64,000 nucleotides of DNA, from NCBI GenBank assembly GCA_965215005.1, contig CBDCCZ010000058.1, forward strand, positions 46,479 through 110,478, in the 5' to 3' direction. Shown here one piece after another: positions 1-12,250 of the stretch; the stretch's first letter is position 1, and every line of letters begins with the position of its first letter. This DNA is from Kofleriaceae bacterium. GTDB taxonomy: Bacteria; Myxococcota_A; Polyangia; Haliangiales; Haliangiaceae. Below the pieces are notes generated by a model that ran no database searches, had not been told where the DNA came from, and saw nothing but the letters and a program-made list of their open reading frames with translations. Made by a program: the position numbers and the translations under genes.

Positions 1-80
1 CAATGTCGTGACGCAGGCCGTCTGCCCTCACCACGAGTCCCGACACGTGACCACAGCGAGACCGGGCGCGGCGGGAGCTA

Positions 81-96
81 TGGCACCGCACTTGAA
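81..96 (+). promoter_or_regulatory. Putative sigma54 (-24/-12) promoter for the downstream response regulator
   Basis: TGGCAC-CGCAC-TTGAA matches TGGCAC-N5-TTGC spacing with GA instead of GC at -12; about 45 nt upstream of a start with an AGGAGG SD. Confidence 0.5.
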
Positions 97-140
97 ACAG
101 CTGCGAGATATTGCCACTCGCAGTGGACACAAGGAGGCTC

Positions 141-530
141 GTGGTGCTCACCCAAAGCTCGCCGACTATCGCACTCATCGATGACGACGAACCCCTTCGC
201 GATCTGATGGCGTCGCTGCTCGAGCGACACGGCTATCAGGTTCAGACGTATGCCAACGGCAACGGCTTTCTTGCAGCCGACGATCATGATCAGGTGACGC
301 TTATCCTGAGCGATGTCGATATGCCCGACGGCGACGGTTTCGACGTGGTGTCCTACGCCGCACTGAATAACATCCCGGTGATCCTCGTGACTGGACTTCC
401 CGACGGGGCGATGCTCGAAGCAGTTCGCTCTGCAGGCGCAACCGCCGTGCTGCGTAAACCAGTTGCCCCATCGGCGCTGTGGCGTGTCCTGCGGCAGAGT
501 TTGCCCGAAGCGAGCCATGCGGCGAGCTAG
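141..530 (+). CDS. Single-domain response regulator (receiver)
   Basis: IALIDDD, LSDVDMPDGDG, ILVTG and LRKP receiver motifs; AGGAGG SD before GTG 141. Confidence 0.85.
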   Translation: MVLTQSSPTIALIDDDEPLRDLMASLLERHGYQVQTYANGNGFLAADDHDQVTLILSDVDMPDGDGFDVVSYAALNNIPVILVTGLPDGAMLEAVRSAGATAVLRKPVAPSALWRVLRQSLPEASHAAS

Positions 531-665
531 CGCATCAATCGCAAGCAAAACGCGATCTAACGCCACGGGCGGCGGTGGGGTCATCATCTACGGCTTCACA
601 CGCAAGCACTGCTTGCGCCGCAACCCATCGCGCGCTAGCGCGACCGAGCGTGCTACGTTTCGCCG

Positions 666-1124
666 GTGAACCTGGTCGACGAGCTGCACGCTATTGGTGC
701 AGCATTTCACCGCGCCGATATTGCTTACGCTATTTGCGGCGGAATCGCGGTCACGATGCACGGAGCCGTTCGCTCCACAAAAGATATCGATCTTCTGATT
801 GCGGCAGGTGATTGCCAGAAGGCAATGACGGCCATGGAGCCGCTGGGCTACACGTTTCCAGCGCTGCCGATGGCCTTTGAAGAAGACACTCCTCGAGAGC
901 GACGTGTACAGCGAATCAGTAAGGTGGAGGGGAAGTTTCACCTGGCACTGGATCTGGTCTTCGCCGAGGCATCTCTGGAAGGGTTTCTAGACGATCGCGT
1001 GGAGGTGAGGTTGCCGCAAGGGTCATTGTGGGTGGTGAGTCGCGACGCGTTAGTGAAGATGAAACAGCTTGCAGGGCGGATGCAGGACCTTGCCGACATC
1101 GCAGCGCTCGAGAAGGAATCATGA
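666..1124 (+). CDS. Nucleotidyltransferase (AbiEii/DUF6036-like, Pol-beta superfamily)
   Basis: GGIAVTMHGAVRSTKDIDL signature and C-terminal LVKMKQLAGRMQDLADI. Confidence 0.8.
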   Translation: MNLVDELHAIGAAFHRADIAYAICGGIAVTMHGAVRSTKDIDLLIAAGDCQKAMTAMEPLGYTFPALPMAFEEDTPRERRVQRISKVEGKFHLALDLVFAEASLEGFLDDRVEVRLPQGSLWVVSRDALVKMKQLAGRMQDLADIAALEKES

Positions 1125-1417
1125 GCGTTGCGGATCAATCTCGTGACCCGAGCCAGCTTCTAGGCAGCGGTCTATCTGCAGACGTGGCTGGGCGATTGGA
1201 GCGGCTGCGTTCCCTCTACGTTCCCGAGAACCTCGATGCAGCGCGCGCTCGCTTAGAGCGGGATGCTGCGGCGGCGTCGCAGACCTTTGAGGAGAAGGTT
1301 GCCGCTCGTCTCCACGAGCTCCGCGCGCTGTACGACCTCGCCACCTATCTCCACCGAGCGCGCCCAGGCACGAAACCCAGAAGCGAAGACGCAGCCGATA
1401 GTGAAGGCGCAGGTTGA
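1121..1417 (+). CDS. Small helical protein coupled to the nucleotidyltransferase (possible antitoxin or partner)
   Basis: ATGA overlap with the upstream stop; two similar helices VAGRLERLRSLY and VAARLHELRALY. Confidence 0.6.
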   Translation: MSVADQSRDPSQLLGSGLSADVAGRLERLRSLYVPENLDAARARLERDAAAASQTFEEKVAARLHELRALYDLATYLHRARPGTKPRSEDAADSEGAG

Positions 1418-1432
1418 GGCTGTCTGGACCGA

Positions 1433-1460
1433 AGTTTACATAATATCAATTATGCGACGT
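1433..1460 (-). other. dif: dif site (XerC/XerD recombination site)
   Basis: Minus strand ACGTCGCATAA-TTGATA-TTATGTAAACT; 11-6-11 architecture like E. coli GGTGCGCATAA-TGTATA-TTATGTTAAAT; AT-rich and intergenic. Confidence 0.85.
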
Positions 1461-1652
1461 TGTTGCTGAAGCCAGGGGCGGTCCGACCGCGACACGCTAC
1501 GCCGGCGGCGTACTCTAGCTGCGCGTGGTGTTCCGGTAAGCGCCCACATTCGCGCTCAACGTGTGCAGCTAACCTCTTGAAAAGCCGGAACAAAATCGAA
1601 CCTCGTGGTTCGCGAGTGGCGGCTCGAACGCTACAATCGCTGGGTTCGACCC

Positions 1653-3152
1653 ATGGCAGCTCCTTCGCAACAGGCGCGCAGTGACCTCGCGGTGGTGTCG
1701 GAGCCGGAGCGCATTCGCGTTCTGGCCATCGACGATCAGGCGGAGGTATTCCACGCGCTGCGCCGCCTCCTCAAGAGCCGCGGGTTCGACGTCGAAGGCT
1801 GCACCGCGTCGACCGAGGCGCTGGCGCGGCTCGAGGCCGAGCCCAGCGCCTGGGACCTCGTGCTGTTAGACGTAAACATGCCCGGAATGAGCGGGCTCGA
1901 GGTCTTGCCGCGACTCAAGGAGATCGTCCCCGACGTCCCGGTGATCATGCTTACCGCCGACGATCGCGCCACCACCGCGGTTGAGGCGCTCAAGGCCGGC
2001 GCTTTCAACTACCTTACCAAGCCGCTGGCCGACGCCGACGCGGTCGCGTTGACGCTATCGAGGGCGGGCAGCGTTGGTCAGCTGCAGCGGCGTGCGCGGG
2101 TCCTCGAAAGCCAGGTTTCGTTTGCCGGTAAGTTCGAGCGGCTGATCGGCGCCAGCGCCTCGATGCGAGCGCTCTACACCACCATTGAGAAGCTTGCGCG
2201 CACCGACGTCAACGTGCTGATTCGCGGCGAGTCCGGAACCGGCAAAGAGCTCGTGGCCCGAGCGATTCATTCCCGCTCCGGCCGTCAGCGCGGACCGTTC
2301 GTCGCGCTCAACTGCGGCGCGATTCCCGAGGCCCTCATCGACAGTGAGCTGTTCGGCCATGCCAAGGGCGCGTTCACCGGCGCGATCGGCGCCCGGCTCG
2401 GCGTGTTCGGCGAAGCCGACGACGGCACCTTGTTCCTCGACGAAATCGGCGACGTACCGCTGCCGGTGCAGTCGCGGATGTTGCGGGCCCTGCAAGAGCG
2501 CGAGGTTCGCGCGGTGGGCGCCAATGGCTCACGAAAAGTCGACGTGCGCGTGCTCGCCGCCACCCACGTCGATCTCGACGCCGCGGTCGAAAGTAAGCAG
2601 TTCCGCGCCGACTTGTACTATCGCCTCAACGTCGTGTCCGTCTACGTGCCACCGCTTCGCGAGCGCATGGAGGACATTCCGGTGTTGGCCGCGCACTTCG
2701 TAGAAAAGCACTCCGAGCAGCTCGGCCGGCCGATTCCTCGTCTCACCGCCGATGCGATTCGCACGCTGAGCGATTACGACTGGCCCGGCAACGTGCGCGA
2801 GCTCGAGAACGCCATCCAGCACGCGCTCGCTCTGGTACCCGGCGACGTTGTGAGCGCCGAGGCGCTACCACATCGGATCGAGGCGCACGGACTCGAGACG
2901 GCGACCAGCGTAGCGCCGCCCATCACGAAAGCGAGCGGCAGCAGCGGCGTCGATTGGGCAGATGAGTTGGCTTTCAATGATGCGCGCAAGCGGGCGCAGC
3001 GCGAGTTCGAGCACGCCTATCTCAGCCGGCTGCTCGAGCGCACCAGCGGCAACGTTTCCGAAGCGGCGCGCGTCGCTGGTCTCGACCGGTCGAACCTGCG
3101 CCGGGTGCTCTCTCGGCACGACATCGACCCCGAGCGCTACCGCGACTCGTAG
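1653..3152 (+). CDS. NtrC-family sigma54-dependent response regulator
   Basis: Receiver domain, GESGTGKE Walker A, GAFTGA, LFLDEIG, WPGNVREL, C-terminal Fis-type HTH. Confidence 0.93.
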   Translation: MAAPSQQARSDLAVVSEPERIRVLAIDDQAEVFHALRRLLKSRGFDVEGCTASTEALARLEAEPSAWDLVLLDVNMPGMSGLEVLPRLKEIVPDVPVIMLTADDRATTAVEALKAGAFNYLTKPLADADAVALTLSRAGSVGQLQRRARVLESQVSFAGKFERLIGASASMRALYTTIEKLARTDVNVLIRGESGTGKELVARAIHSRSGRQRGPFVALNCGAIPEALIDSELFGHAKGAFTGAIGARLGVFGEADDGTLFLDEIGDVPLPVQSRMLRALQEREVRAVGANGSRKVDVRVLAATHVDLDAAVESKQFRADLYYRLNVVSVYVPPLRERMEDIPVLAAHFVEKHSEQLGRPIPRLTADAIRTLSDYDWPGNVRELENAIQHALALVPGDVVSAEALPHRIEAHGLETATSVAPPITKASGSSGVDWADELAFNDARKRAQREFEHAYLSRLLERTSGNVSEAARVAGLDRSNLRRVLSRHDIDPERYRDS

Positions 3153-3324
3153 CCGAGGCTCGCGCAGCGCCGCCCTCGCGACGCCAGGATTCCCCGCCAC
3201 CACGCTGGCGGCAGCGCTCCACGGCCGCCGTTCTCGCATCTGCGCGGGTTGCTCCTCAAGTTGGCCACGGGGGCGGCCGATTCCACCCATGAACCGCGGT
3301 GCACCAGGTTCAAGGGGAGACCGT

Positions 3325-3729
3325 ATGTCCGCTCAGTACACCATCTTGCTCGTCGACGACGAACCAGATATTCGTGGCGCGCTTCGTCGCTCGCTCAAAG
3401 ACGCCAACTACGAGTTCATCGAGGCCAGCGATGGTGCCGAAGCTCTCGCCCTTCTCCGCGACCACGACGTCGACGCGGTGATCAGCGACTACAACATGCC
3501 CGGAATGAACGGGCTCGACCTCCTGCAGCAGATTCGCATCAGCCAACCAGAGGTGCTGCGCCTGCTGCTCACCGCCCGCGCCGACGTCAACCTCGCGGTT
3601 CGCGCCCTCAATGAGGGGTCAGTTCATCGCTTCCTGCTCAAGCCGTGGGATCACATTGACCTGCGCGGCATCATCGAAATGACGTTGCACACCATGCGCA
3701 CGCCGCAGGCGGCCGCAGCACGAAAATGA
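3325..3729 (+). CDS. Single-domain response regulator
   Basis: LLVDDE, ISDYNMPGMNG, LLKPW; GGGGAG SD before ATG 3325. Confidence 0.88.
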   Translation: MSAQYTILLVDDEPDIRGALRRSLKDANYEFIEASDGAEALALLRDHDVDAVISDYNMPGMNGLDLLQQIRISQPEVLRLLLTARADVNLAVRALNEGSVHRFLLKPWDHIDLRGIIEMTLHTMRTPQAAAARK

Positions 3730-4868
3730 AAGCCCTCGCCAGCCACGAGCCTGTCATCGCGGCGCTACCAGATACGGCAGCGGCTCGCGTTTTGGTCGCC
3801 GACGACGACGAGTCGATGCGACGCCTGGTGTCGCGGGCGCTTCGCCGTCATGGTTTCGAGGTCATCGAGGCCTCCGACGGGGTCGCCGCGGTCGAAGCCG
3901 CGAGCATAGCCACGCCGCAGGTAGCGGTGGTCGATCTGCAAATGCCGCGGATGGGCGGCTTCGAGGTGGTGCGAGCGCTCAAGGCACGCCACCGTGCCGA
4001 GCTCCCGGTGCTGGTGCTAAGCGGCCTGGATGATCCCGATGATCGAGTCCGCGCGTTCGAGGCCGGTGCCGATGACTTCGTTCCCAAGCCGGTCTACATG
4101 CCCGAGCTGCTCAAGCGCGTTGACGCGTTCGAGCGCACCCGTCGCGCCTATCTCGAGCTGCAGCGCGCCAATGAGCGCGCAGATCGGCTCCGCCTGTTCG
4201 GCGCCGAGGCGGCCGCGCTGCTCGCCCACGACCTCAACAACGGCTTGAGCATTGCCAACGCAAACCTCCTATATCTTTCAGGAGAGTTGCTGCTCGAGGG
4301 GGAGCCTGCCGAGGCGCTTGCGGCGACGGTTCGCGCGCTGCGCCGAATGAGCAAGCTCGTTTCTAACTTCGTCGATATCAGTCGGCTGGAAGACGCAGCC
4401 ATTGAACCCGAGCGCGTCACGGTCGAGGTCGCCGAGCTGCTCACGAGCTCGGCGCTCATCCATGATCCGCGTCGGGAACCCGGCGACCGCCCAATCGCCG
4501 TCGACTGCGCTGCGGGTCTCACTGCTGAGATCGATCCGGTGTTGGTCGAGCGCGTCATTCACAACCTGCTCAACAACGCCACCCGCTACGTCGATCGCGG
4601 CGGGCTGATCGCCCTCATCGCCCATCGTTGGGAGGATCCCTTCGGCGCGCAGTGGCTGCACATCGGGGTCGGCAACACCGGTCAACCCGTTCCTGCCGAC
4701 CTCAAGCTCACGCTCTTTGATAAGTACCGCACGGGTCGCGACGGCAAAGCCCAGCGCGGCATGGGGCTGTATTTTTGCCGATTGGCCTGTGAAGCCCACG
4801 GCGGCGCGATCGTCCTGCGCTCTCATGAGCGCTTCGCCACCTACTTCGCCGTCGAATTGCCCGCGTAG
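3726..4868 (+). CDS. Hybrid receiver-histidine kinase with no sensor domain
   Basis: N-terminal receiver, H-box AHDLNN, N-box NLLNNA, G2 GMGLYFC; ATGA overlap. Confidence 0.9.
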   Translation: MKALASHEPVIAALPDTAAARVLVADDDESMRRLVSRALRRHGFEVIEASDGVAAVEAASIATPQVAVVDLQMPRMGGFEVVRALKARHRAELPVLVLSGLDDPDDRVRAFEAGADDFVPKPVYMPELLKRVDAFERTRRAYLELQRANERADRLRLFGAEAAALLAHDLNNGLSIANANLLYLSGELLLEGEPAEALAATVRALRRMSKLVSNFVDISRLEDAAIEPERVTVEVAELLTSSALIHDPRREPGDRPIAVDCAAGLTAEIDPVLVERVIHNLLNNATRYVDRGGLIALIAHRWEDPFGAQWLHIGVGNTGQPVPADLKLTLFDKYRTGRDGKAQRGMGLYFCRLACEAHGGAIVLRSHERFATYFAVELPA

Positions 4869-4882
4869 CGCGACGCGTCGCC

Positions 4883-6439
4883 TCAGCTCCGCAGGTAGGC
4901 GGCCGTCAGACGCTGGAGCTCCGCTGCCGAAAGCCCCCCAGCGGCTTCGATGGTCACCGAGGCTGCCTTGCCAGTGATGGCTTCGGTTGCCGAAACTTCG
5001 GCGATGCCATCGGCGTCCATGGTGAAGGCGACCTCAACCCGCACTTTGCCGGCTGGAGCGGCCGGCAGGTCACCGAGCACGCAGCGGCCGAGACGACGAT
5101 TGTCGGATGCCCGCTCGGCCTCTCCTTGATAGATCTCGATCGCGACGAAGGTCTGATTATCTTCCGTCGTCGCGAAGACTTTCCGCTCTCGGGTTGGAAT
5201 GGTGGTGTTGGCCGGGATTACAACCGACATCTTGTCGCCCGCCACTCGCACGCCCAACGAGTGTGGCGTGACATCGAGCAAGATGATCTCTTGCAGCTCG
5301 CCGCCCATGATGCCGCTTTGCACTGCGGCGCCCATTGCGACGATCTCATCCGGGTTTACGCCCTTGGACGGCGCCTTGCCGAAAATCTGCACTACCCGCT
5401 CCTGCACCGCCGGCATGCGAGTCATGCCGCCAACCAAGAGCACTTGATCGATGTCGGCGGCCGTGCAGCGAGCATCGCGCAACGCGCCATGACACGGCTC
5501 TTCTAGCGCTTGCAAGAGCGTTCTGCAGGTGCTTTCGAGCTCGCCACGCGTGAGCTCGCGCTGCAGATGCACCGGCCCCATCGCGCCGGCGGCGATGAAC
5601 GGCAGGTTGATGTCAGTGGACATCGCGGAGGACAGCTCGCTCTTGGCTCGCTCTGCTGCCTCTTTCAGCCGCTGCAGTGCCACCGGGTCGCCGCGCAGTT
5701 CGATGCCGTGGCTGGTCTCGAACTCAGTCGCGAGCAGCTCGATGATGCGCTGGTCGAAATCATCTCCACCGAGATGCGTATCGCCATTGGTAGCAAGCAC
5801 TTCACAGACGCCAGACTCGATGGCTAAGATCGAAATGTCGAAGGTGCCGCCCCCGAGATCAAACACGGCCAATCGTTGATCACTCTGATGATGTAGTCCG
5901 TACGCAAGTGCGGCCGCTGTCGGCTCGTTGAGAATTGCGCGGACCTCGAGCCCCGCAATCGCCCCGGCGTCTTTGGTTGCTTGGCGTTGAACGTCGTCGA
6001 AGTACGCTGGCACGGTGATCACCGCTTCTTCGACGGGCTCGCCGAGATAGTCCTCAGCGACGCGTCGCATTTTGCCGAGCACCTGCGCAGACACCTCCTG
6101 TGGCGATACATGGCGCTCACCGATCCGAATCCACGCGTCACCGTTGCTCGCCTCTACTAGTGGATAGGGAAGGTTCTGGGCGAGCCGCTGAACCTCTTTG
6201 CGGGCGAGCTTATTGCCGATGAGTCGCTTGGCGCCAAACACGGTGCGAGTCGGGTTTGTGACCATTTGCCGCTTCGATGGAGCGCCAACCACCACGTCAC
6301 CCGTTTGGCTCCAGCTCACCATAGAAGGGGTGGTGCGGCCGCCTTCTTGGTTATGAATGACGGCAGGCTCGCCGGCTTCTAGAACCGCCACGCACGAGTT
6401 GGTGGTACCGAGGTCGATGCCGATGATGCGCCCTGCCAT
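4883..6439 (-). CDS. dnaK: DnaK/Hsp70 paralogue lacking the alpha-helical lid
   Basis: GIDLGTTNS, TVPAYF, NEPTAAA, DLGGGTFD, VNPDE, LLDVTP; ends at 518 aa just after the beta substrate-binding domain. Confidence 0.9.
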   Translation of the reverse strand: MAGRIIGIDLGTTNSCVAVLEAGEPAVIHNQEGGRTTPSMVSWSQTGDVVVGAPSKRQMVTNPTRTVFGAKRLIGNKLARKEVQRLAQNLPYPLVEASNGDAWIRIGERHVSPQEVSAQVLGKMRRVAEDYLGEPVEEAVITVPAYFDDVQRQATKDAGAIAGLEVRAILNEPTAAALAYGLHHQSDQRLAVFDLGGGTFDISILAIESGVCEVLATNGDTHLGGDDFDQRIIELLATEFETSHGIELRGDPVALQRLKEAAERAKSELSSAMSTDINLPFIAAGAMGPVHLQRELTRGELESTCRTLLQALEEPCHGALRDARCTAADIDQVLLVGGMTRMPAVQERVVQIFGKAPSKGVNPDEIVAMGAAVQSGIMGGELQEIILLDVTPHSLGVRVAGDKMSVVIPANTTIPTRERKVFATTEDNQTFVAIEIYQGEAERASDNRRLGRCVLGDLPAAPAGKVRVEVAFTMDADGIAEVSATEAITGKAASVTIEAAGGLSAAELQRLTAAYLRS

Positions 6440-6447
6440 GTCGCCTG

Positions 6448-7167
6448 CTATTTCCCGAAGATCTTTGCAAGCAACCCGCGCTGGGGATCGCCGGCGGAGT
6501 CGAGTGCGCGCCGTGCGGCGGCAAACGCTGGGTCAATCGAAAGGGCGCGCCGCAGCTCAGCCCGCGCTTGGTCGGGGCGTCCAGCTTGCAGATGCTCTCT
6601 GCCCCAGGCGTAGTGGAGGTGCGCGCGCAGCTCGCGGTTCTTGGGATGAGCCACGGCGAGTCGATGCAGCTCCGCACGGGCCTCGCCCCAGCGCTCGCGC
6701 TCGCACAGCTCGAGCGCCTCGTCGAGACCGCTCTTCTCTGCCGCCACCGACTGCTGCGCGGCCTCGAGCACCGTCTGCGCGGTGCTGCGGGGACGGTGCG
6801 CGGGTGCTTGCTCGGCGCGAGCTCGGGCCTCTTCGACTGGCGCCTTCGGTGGCGTCGGCACGGCCGCTGGCGGCTCCGGGGGCCGTGCCGGACGCTCCTG
6901 ATGCCGCGCTCGCTCCGACAGCTCGGAGTAGGCCTCTTTGATGAGCAGGAACACCTCGTTGGCGAGCCGCACGACATCCCGGCCACACCGAGCGTACCGC
7001 GCGGGATGATGAGACTTGGTGGCTCGCAAGAACGCGGCGCGAACGGCACCCCCATCAGCGCCGGGCGCGAGTCGCAAGGCCGCGTGGGGCTCACTACCAC
7101 GAAGCCGCGCCAGCTCCGATTCCAGCGCCTGTCTGACCTGGTCGTCGGTCCGCTGCACCTCCACCAA
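6448..7167 (-). CDS. J-domain-like plus TPR protein
   Basis: VRAAFLRATKSHHPARY...LIKEAYSELS J-domain pattern with HPA in place of HPD; C-terminal TPR (ARAELRRALSIDP); start uncertain. Confidence 0.75.
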   Translation of the reverse strand: MVEVQRTDDQVRQALESELARLRGSEPHAALRLAPGADGGAVRAAFLRATKSHHPARYARCGRDVVRLANEVFLLIKEAYSELSERARHQERPARPPEPPAAVPTPPKAPVEEARARAEQAPAHRPRSTAQTVLEAAQQSVAAEKSGLDEALELCERERWGEARAELHRLAVAHPKNRELRAHLHYAWGREHLQAGRPDQARAELRRALSIDPAFAAARRALDSAGDPQRGLLAKIFGK

Positions 7168-7232
7168 ATGGTACTACGCTCGCCCCGTTAGCGGCAATCG
7201 GCGGCTCCTACGCCCGCGGCCTCGCCCAGAGC

Positions 7233-7745
7233 TCAGTTGTCGAAGACGGCGGTCCAGAAATTCTCGTGCATGGCAATGCCGATAGCGCGTTGAGAATCGT
7301 CGAGCATGATGTGGTTGTGGCCCGGACTATCGAGCCACGCGTCGACCGCGGCGCGGGCGCTGCGCTGGCCACAGGCCACGATCTCGCCGTTCCAGCCGCC
7401 ACCACCGCAGGCGTTGACGCGCGCCCCCGGATCAGCTCCGTCGGGGCTATCGTGCGTGCACTCGCGGCGCTCGCCGATATCGGCGGAGTGAGAGTCGGCG
7501 GCGCAAAGTAGCGCCTCACGCAAAACCACCGCAGCGAGGCCGCGCGTCGCCCGCTCTTCATTGATGATGGTGAACAGCTCTTGGAGCTCGGGCGCGAGGG
7601 CCTCGTAGAGGTCACCGTTGCCGTCGGAGTCTGCGCTGGTGTCGCGCGGCACCTGGGGCGCCATATCTTGTGGGCCGTCGGGATCCGAGGTGCTCGTGCA
7701 ACCCGCCAAGGCAACCGCGAAGGCCAGCAGCAAGACTTTGATCAT
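7233..7745 (-). CDS. CAP/SCP-domain lipoprotein
   Basis: Lipobox LAGC; INEERA, AADSHS, GEIVA, WLDSPGHNHIM motifs. Confidence 0.88.
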   Translation of the reverse strand: MIKVLLLAFAVALAGCTSTSDPDGPQDMAPQVPRDTSADSDGNGDLYEALAPELQELFTIINEERATRGLAAVVLREALLCAADSHSADIGERRECTHDSPDGADPGARVNACGGGGWNGEIVACGQRSARAAVDAWLDSPGHNHIMLDDSQRAIGIAMHENFWTAVFDN

Positions 7746-7826
7746 GAGGTGCGCAAATTCAATCGCCGTGCCTCATGCAACGCGCTGAAAGCTCACTAGT
7801 ATAAGCCTCGTACCCCGGCGAGCTGG

Positions 7827-7869
7827 GGGCGGTGGACCTCGGTCTCACCGCGCCCGAGGTCCACCGCCC
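7827..7869. repeat. Perfect 16-bp inverted repeat upstream of sodC
   Basis: GGGCGGTGGACCTCGG (7827-7842) and CCGAGGTCCACCGCCC (7854-7869), 11-nt loop. Confidence 0.85.
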
Positions 7870-7943
7870 TCGCTGCAACGCGGACCCATCATGACCACTC
7901 CGTCGCCACGTCGGTGGCGGACCACCCATTAGGAGGAACAACT

Positions 7944-8549
7944 ATGTCGCGACTCGTTTCTATATCCGCCATCGGTCTCATTTTCACCCTCTCCGGTGCG
8001 TGCAAAGGCAAGGACGCCGAACCCGAGATCGCCGATGAGCCGGTCGTCGAACCAGTGGTCCCGGAAGCACCCGCAGAGGCACCGCCCCCGACCACTCCCA
8101 TGACGGCCACCGCCAACCTCGAATCGAAGTCGGGGTCAACGGTGACCGGCGTCGTGACTCTCACCGAGACCGACGGCACCGTCGCGATTCGTGGCTCGAT
8201 TTCTGGCCTCGAGCCGGGCAAGCACGGCTTTCATATCCACGAAAATGGCGACTGCAGCGCGCCCGACGCCTCTAGCGCCGGCGGCCACTACAATCCTGAA
8301 GGCAAGACTCACGCGGGCCCCGACGCCGACGCGCACCATGCCGGAGACCTCGGCAACATCGAAGCCAACGAGGCCGGGGTCGCCGAGCTCGACATCAAGG
8401 TAGACTTCATCAACCTCGGCTCAGGCGAGCACGACGTGGTGGGCAAAGCCGTCGTCGTTCACGCCGGTGCCGATGATCTGAAGACCGACCCAGCCGGGGA
8501 CGCGGGCAACCGTGTCGCCTGTGGCGTTATCCAAGCGCAGGGTATGTAG
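7944..8549 (+). CDS. sodC: Cu/Zn superoxide dismutase, lipoprotein
   Basis: HGFHIH, GGHYNP, HAGDLGNI, VVHA, RVACGVI; lipobox LSGAC; AGGAGG SD. Confidence 0.93.
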   Translation: MSRLVSISAIGLIFTLSGACKGKDAEPEIADEPVVEPVVPEAPAEAPPPTTPMTATANLESKSGSTVTGVVTLTETDGTVAIRGSISGLEPGKHGFHIHENGDCSAPDASSAGGHYNPEGKTHAGPDADAHHAGDLGNIEANEAGVAELDIKVDFINLGSGEHDVVGKAVVVHAGADDLKTDPAGDAGNRVACGVIQAQGM

Positions 8550-8956
8550 GTAACCGCGAGTCGCGGCGCGCGGCGGGTCTTCCGCCGTTGACGCAGCGCG
8601 CGGACTTCGCCGCGCCGGGTCGTGCGGCGTCGTTAGGCGCGCGGGACTTGCGCCATCTTCAGGGCTGGCGTCGCGTGCCTCCGTCGGCGCGGCGCCGCCC
8701 TTCCTCGAAGTGCGTTGGCAAGGCGGGCTCGGAACGTTGTCGCACGCACAATCCGATCCCTCCTTGCACCGCAGCCGCCGTCTTTGACCAACGTTTGCCG
8801 TCTGTGATGGCCGCCTGCTGCCTTACATCTTCTAACTGAACTGCCCACTTTCCCCCAATGTCGGTCCGGAGCTATAGGATGCGCCGTCGACCTCGATCCG
8901 CGTTCGGTGGTGCTGCCGGGTTGGCTTCGCTCCCCACCGTTGCAAGGAGGAAAGTT

Positions 8957-12055
<3,099 letters not shown>

Positions 12056-12125
12056 CTACCAACGCTAAGGCCGTCGCGGGAGCGGAACGCGATTTCCGCT
12101 CTCGCGAGTGTCCAGTGAGGAACAC

Positions 12126-12199
12126 GATCCCATAGCTCAGCTGGATAGAGCGACGGTTTCCTAAACCGTAGGTCGCAGGTTCGAGCCCTGCTGGGATCA
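12126..12199 (+). tRNA. tRNA-Arg(CCT)
   Basis: Acceptor stem GATCCCA/TGGGATC, anticodon arm ACGGT-TTCCTAA-ACCGT, T-arm GCAGG-TTCGAGC-CCTGC; CCA not encoded. Confidence 0.95.
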
Positions 12200-12209
12200 C
12201 TACCCGGCA

Positions 12210-12250
12210 CCGCAGCGGAGCCTTCTACTCTCGTAGAGGGCCTGCTGCGG
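12210..12250 (+). terminator. Hairpin after tRNA-Arg (possible terminator)
   Basis: CCGCAGCGG..CCTTCTAC / GTAGAGGG..CTGCTGCGG stem; weak U tail. Confidence 0.45.

Noticed and set aside
8550..8956. Possible cobalamin riboswitch upstream of the TonB receptor
   Set aside because: Only a partial AACTGCCC resemblance; the conserved core elements are not recognisable
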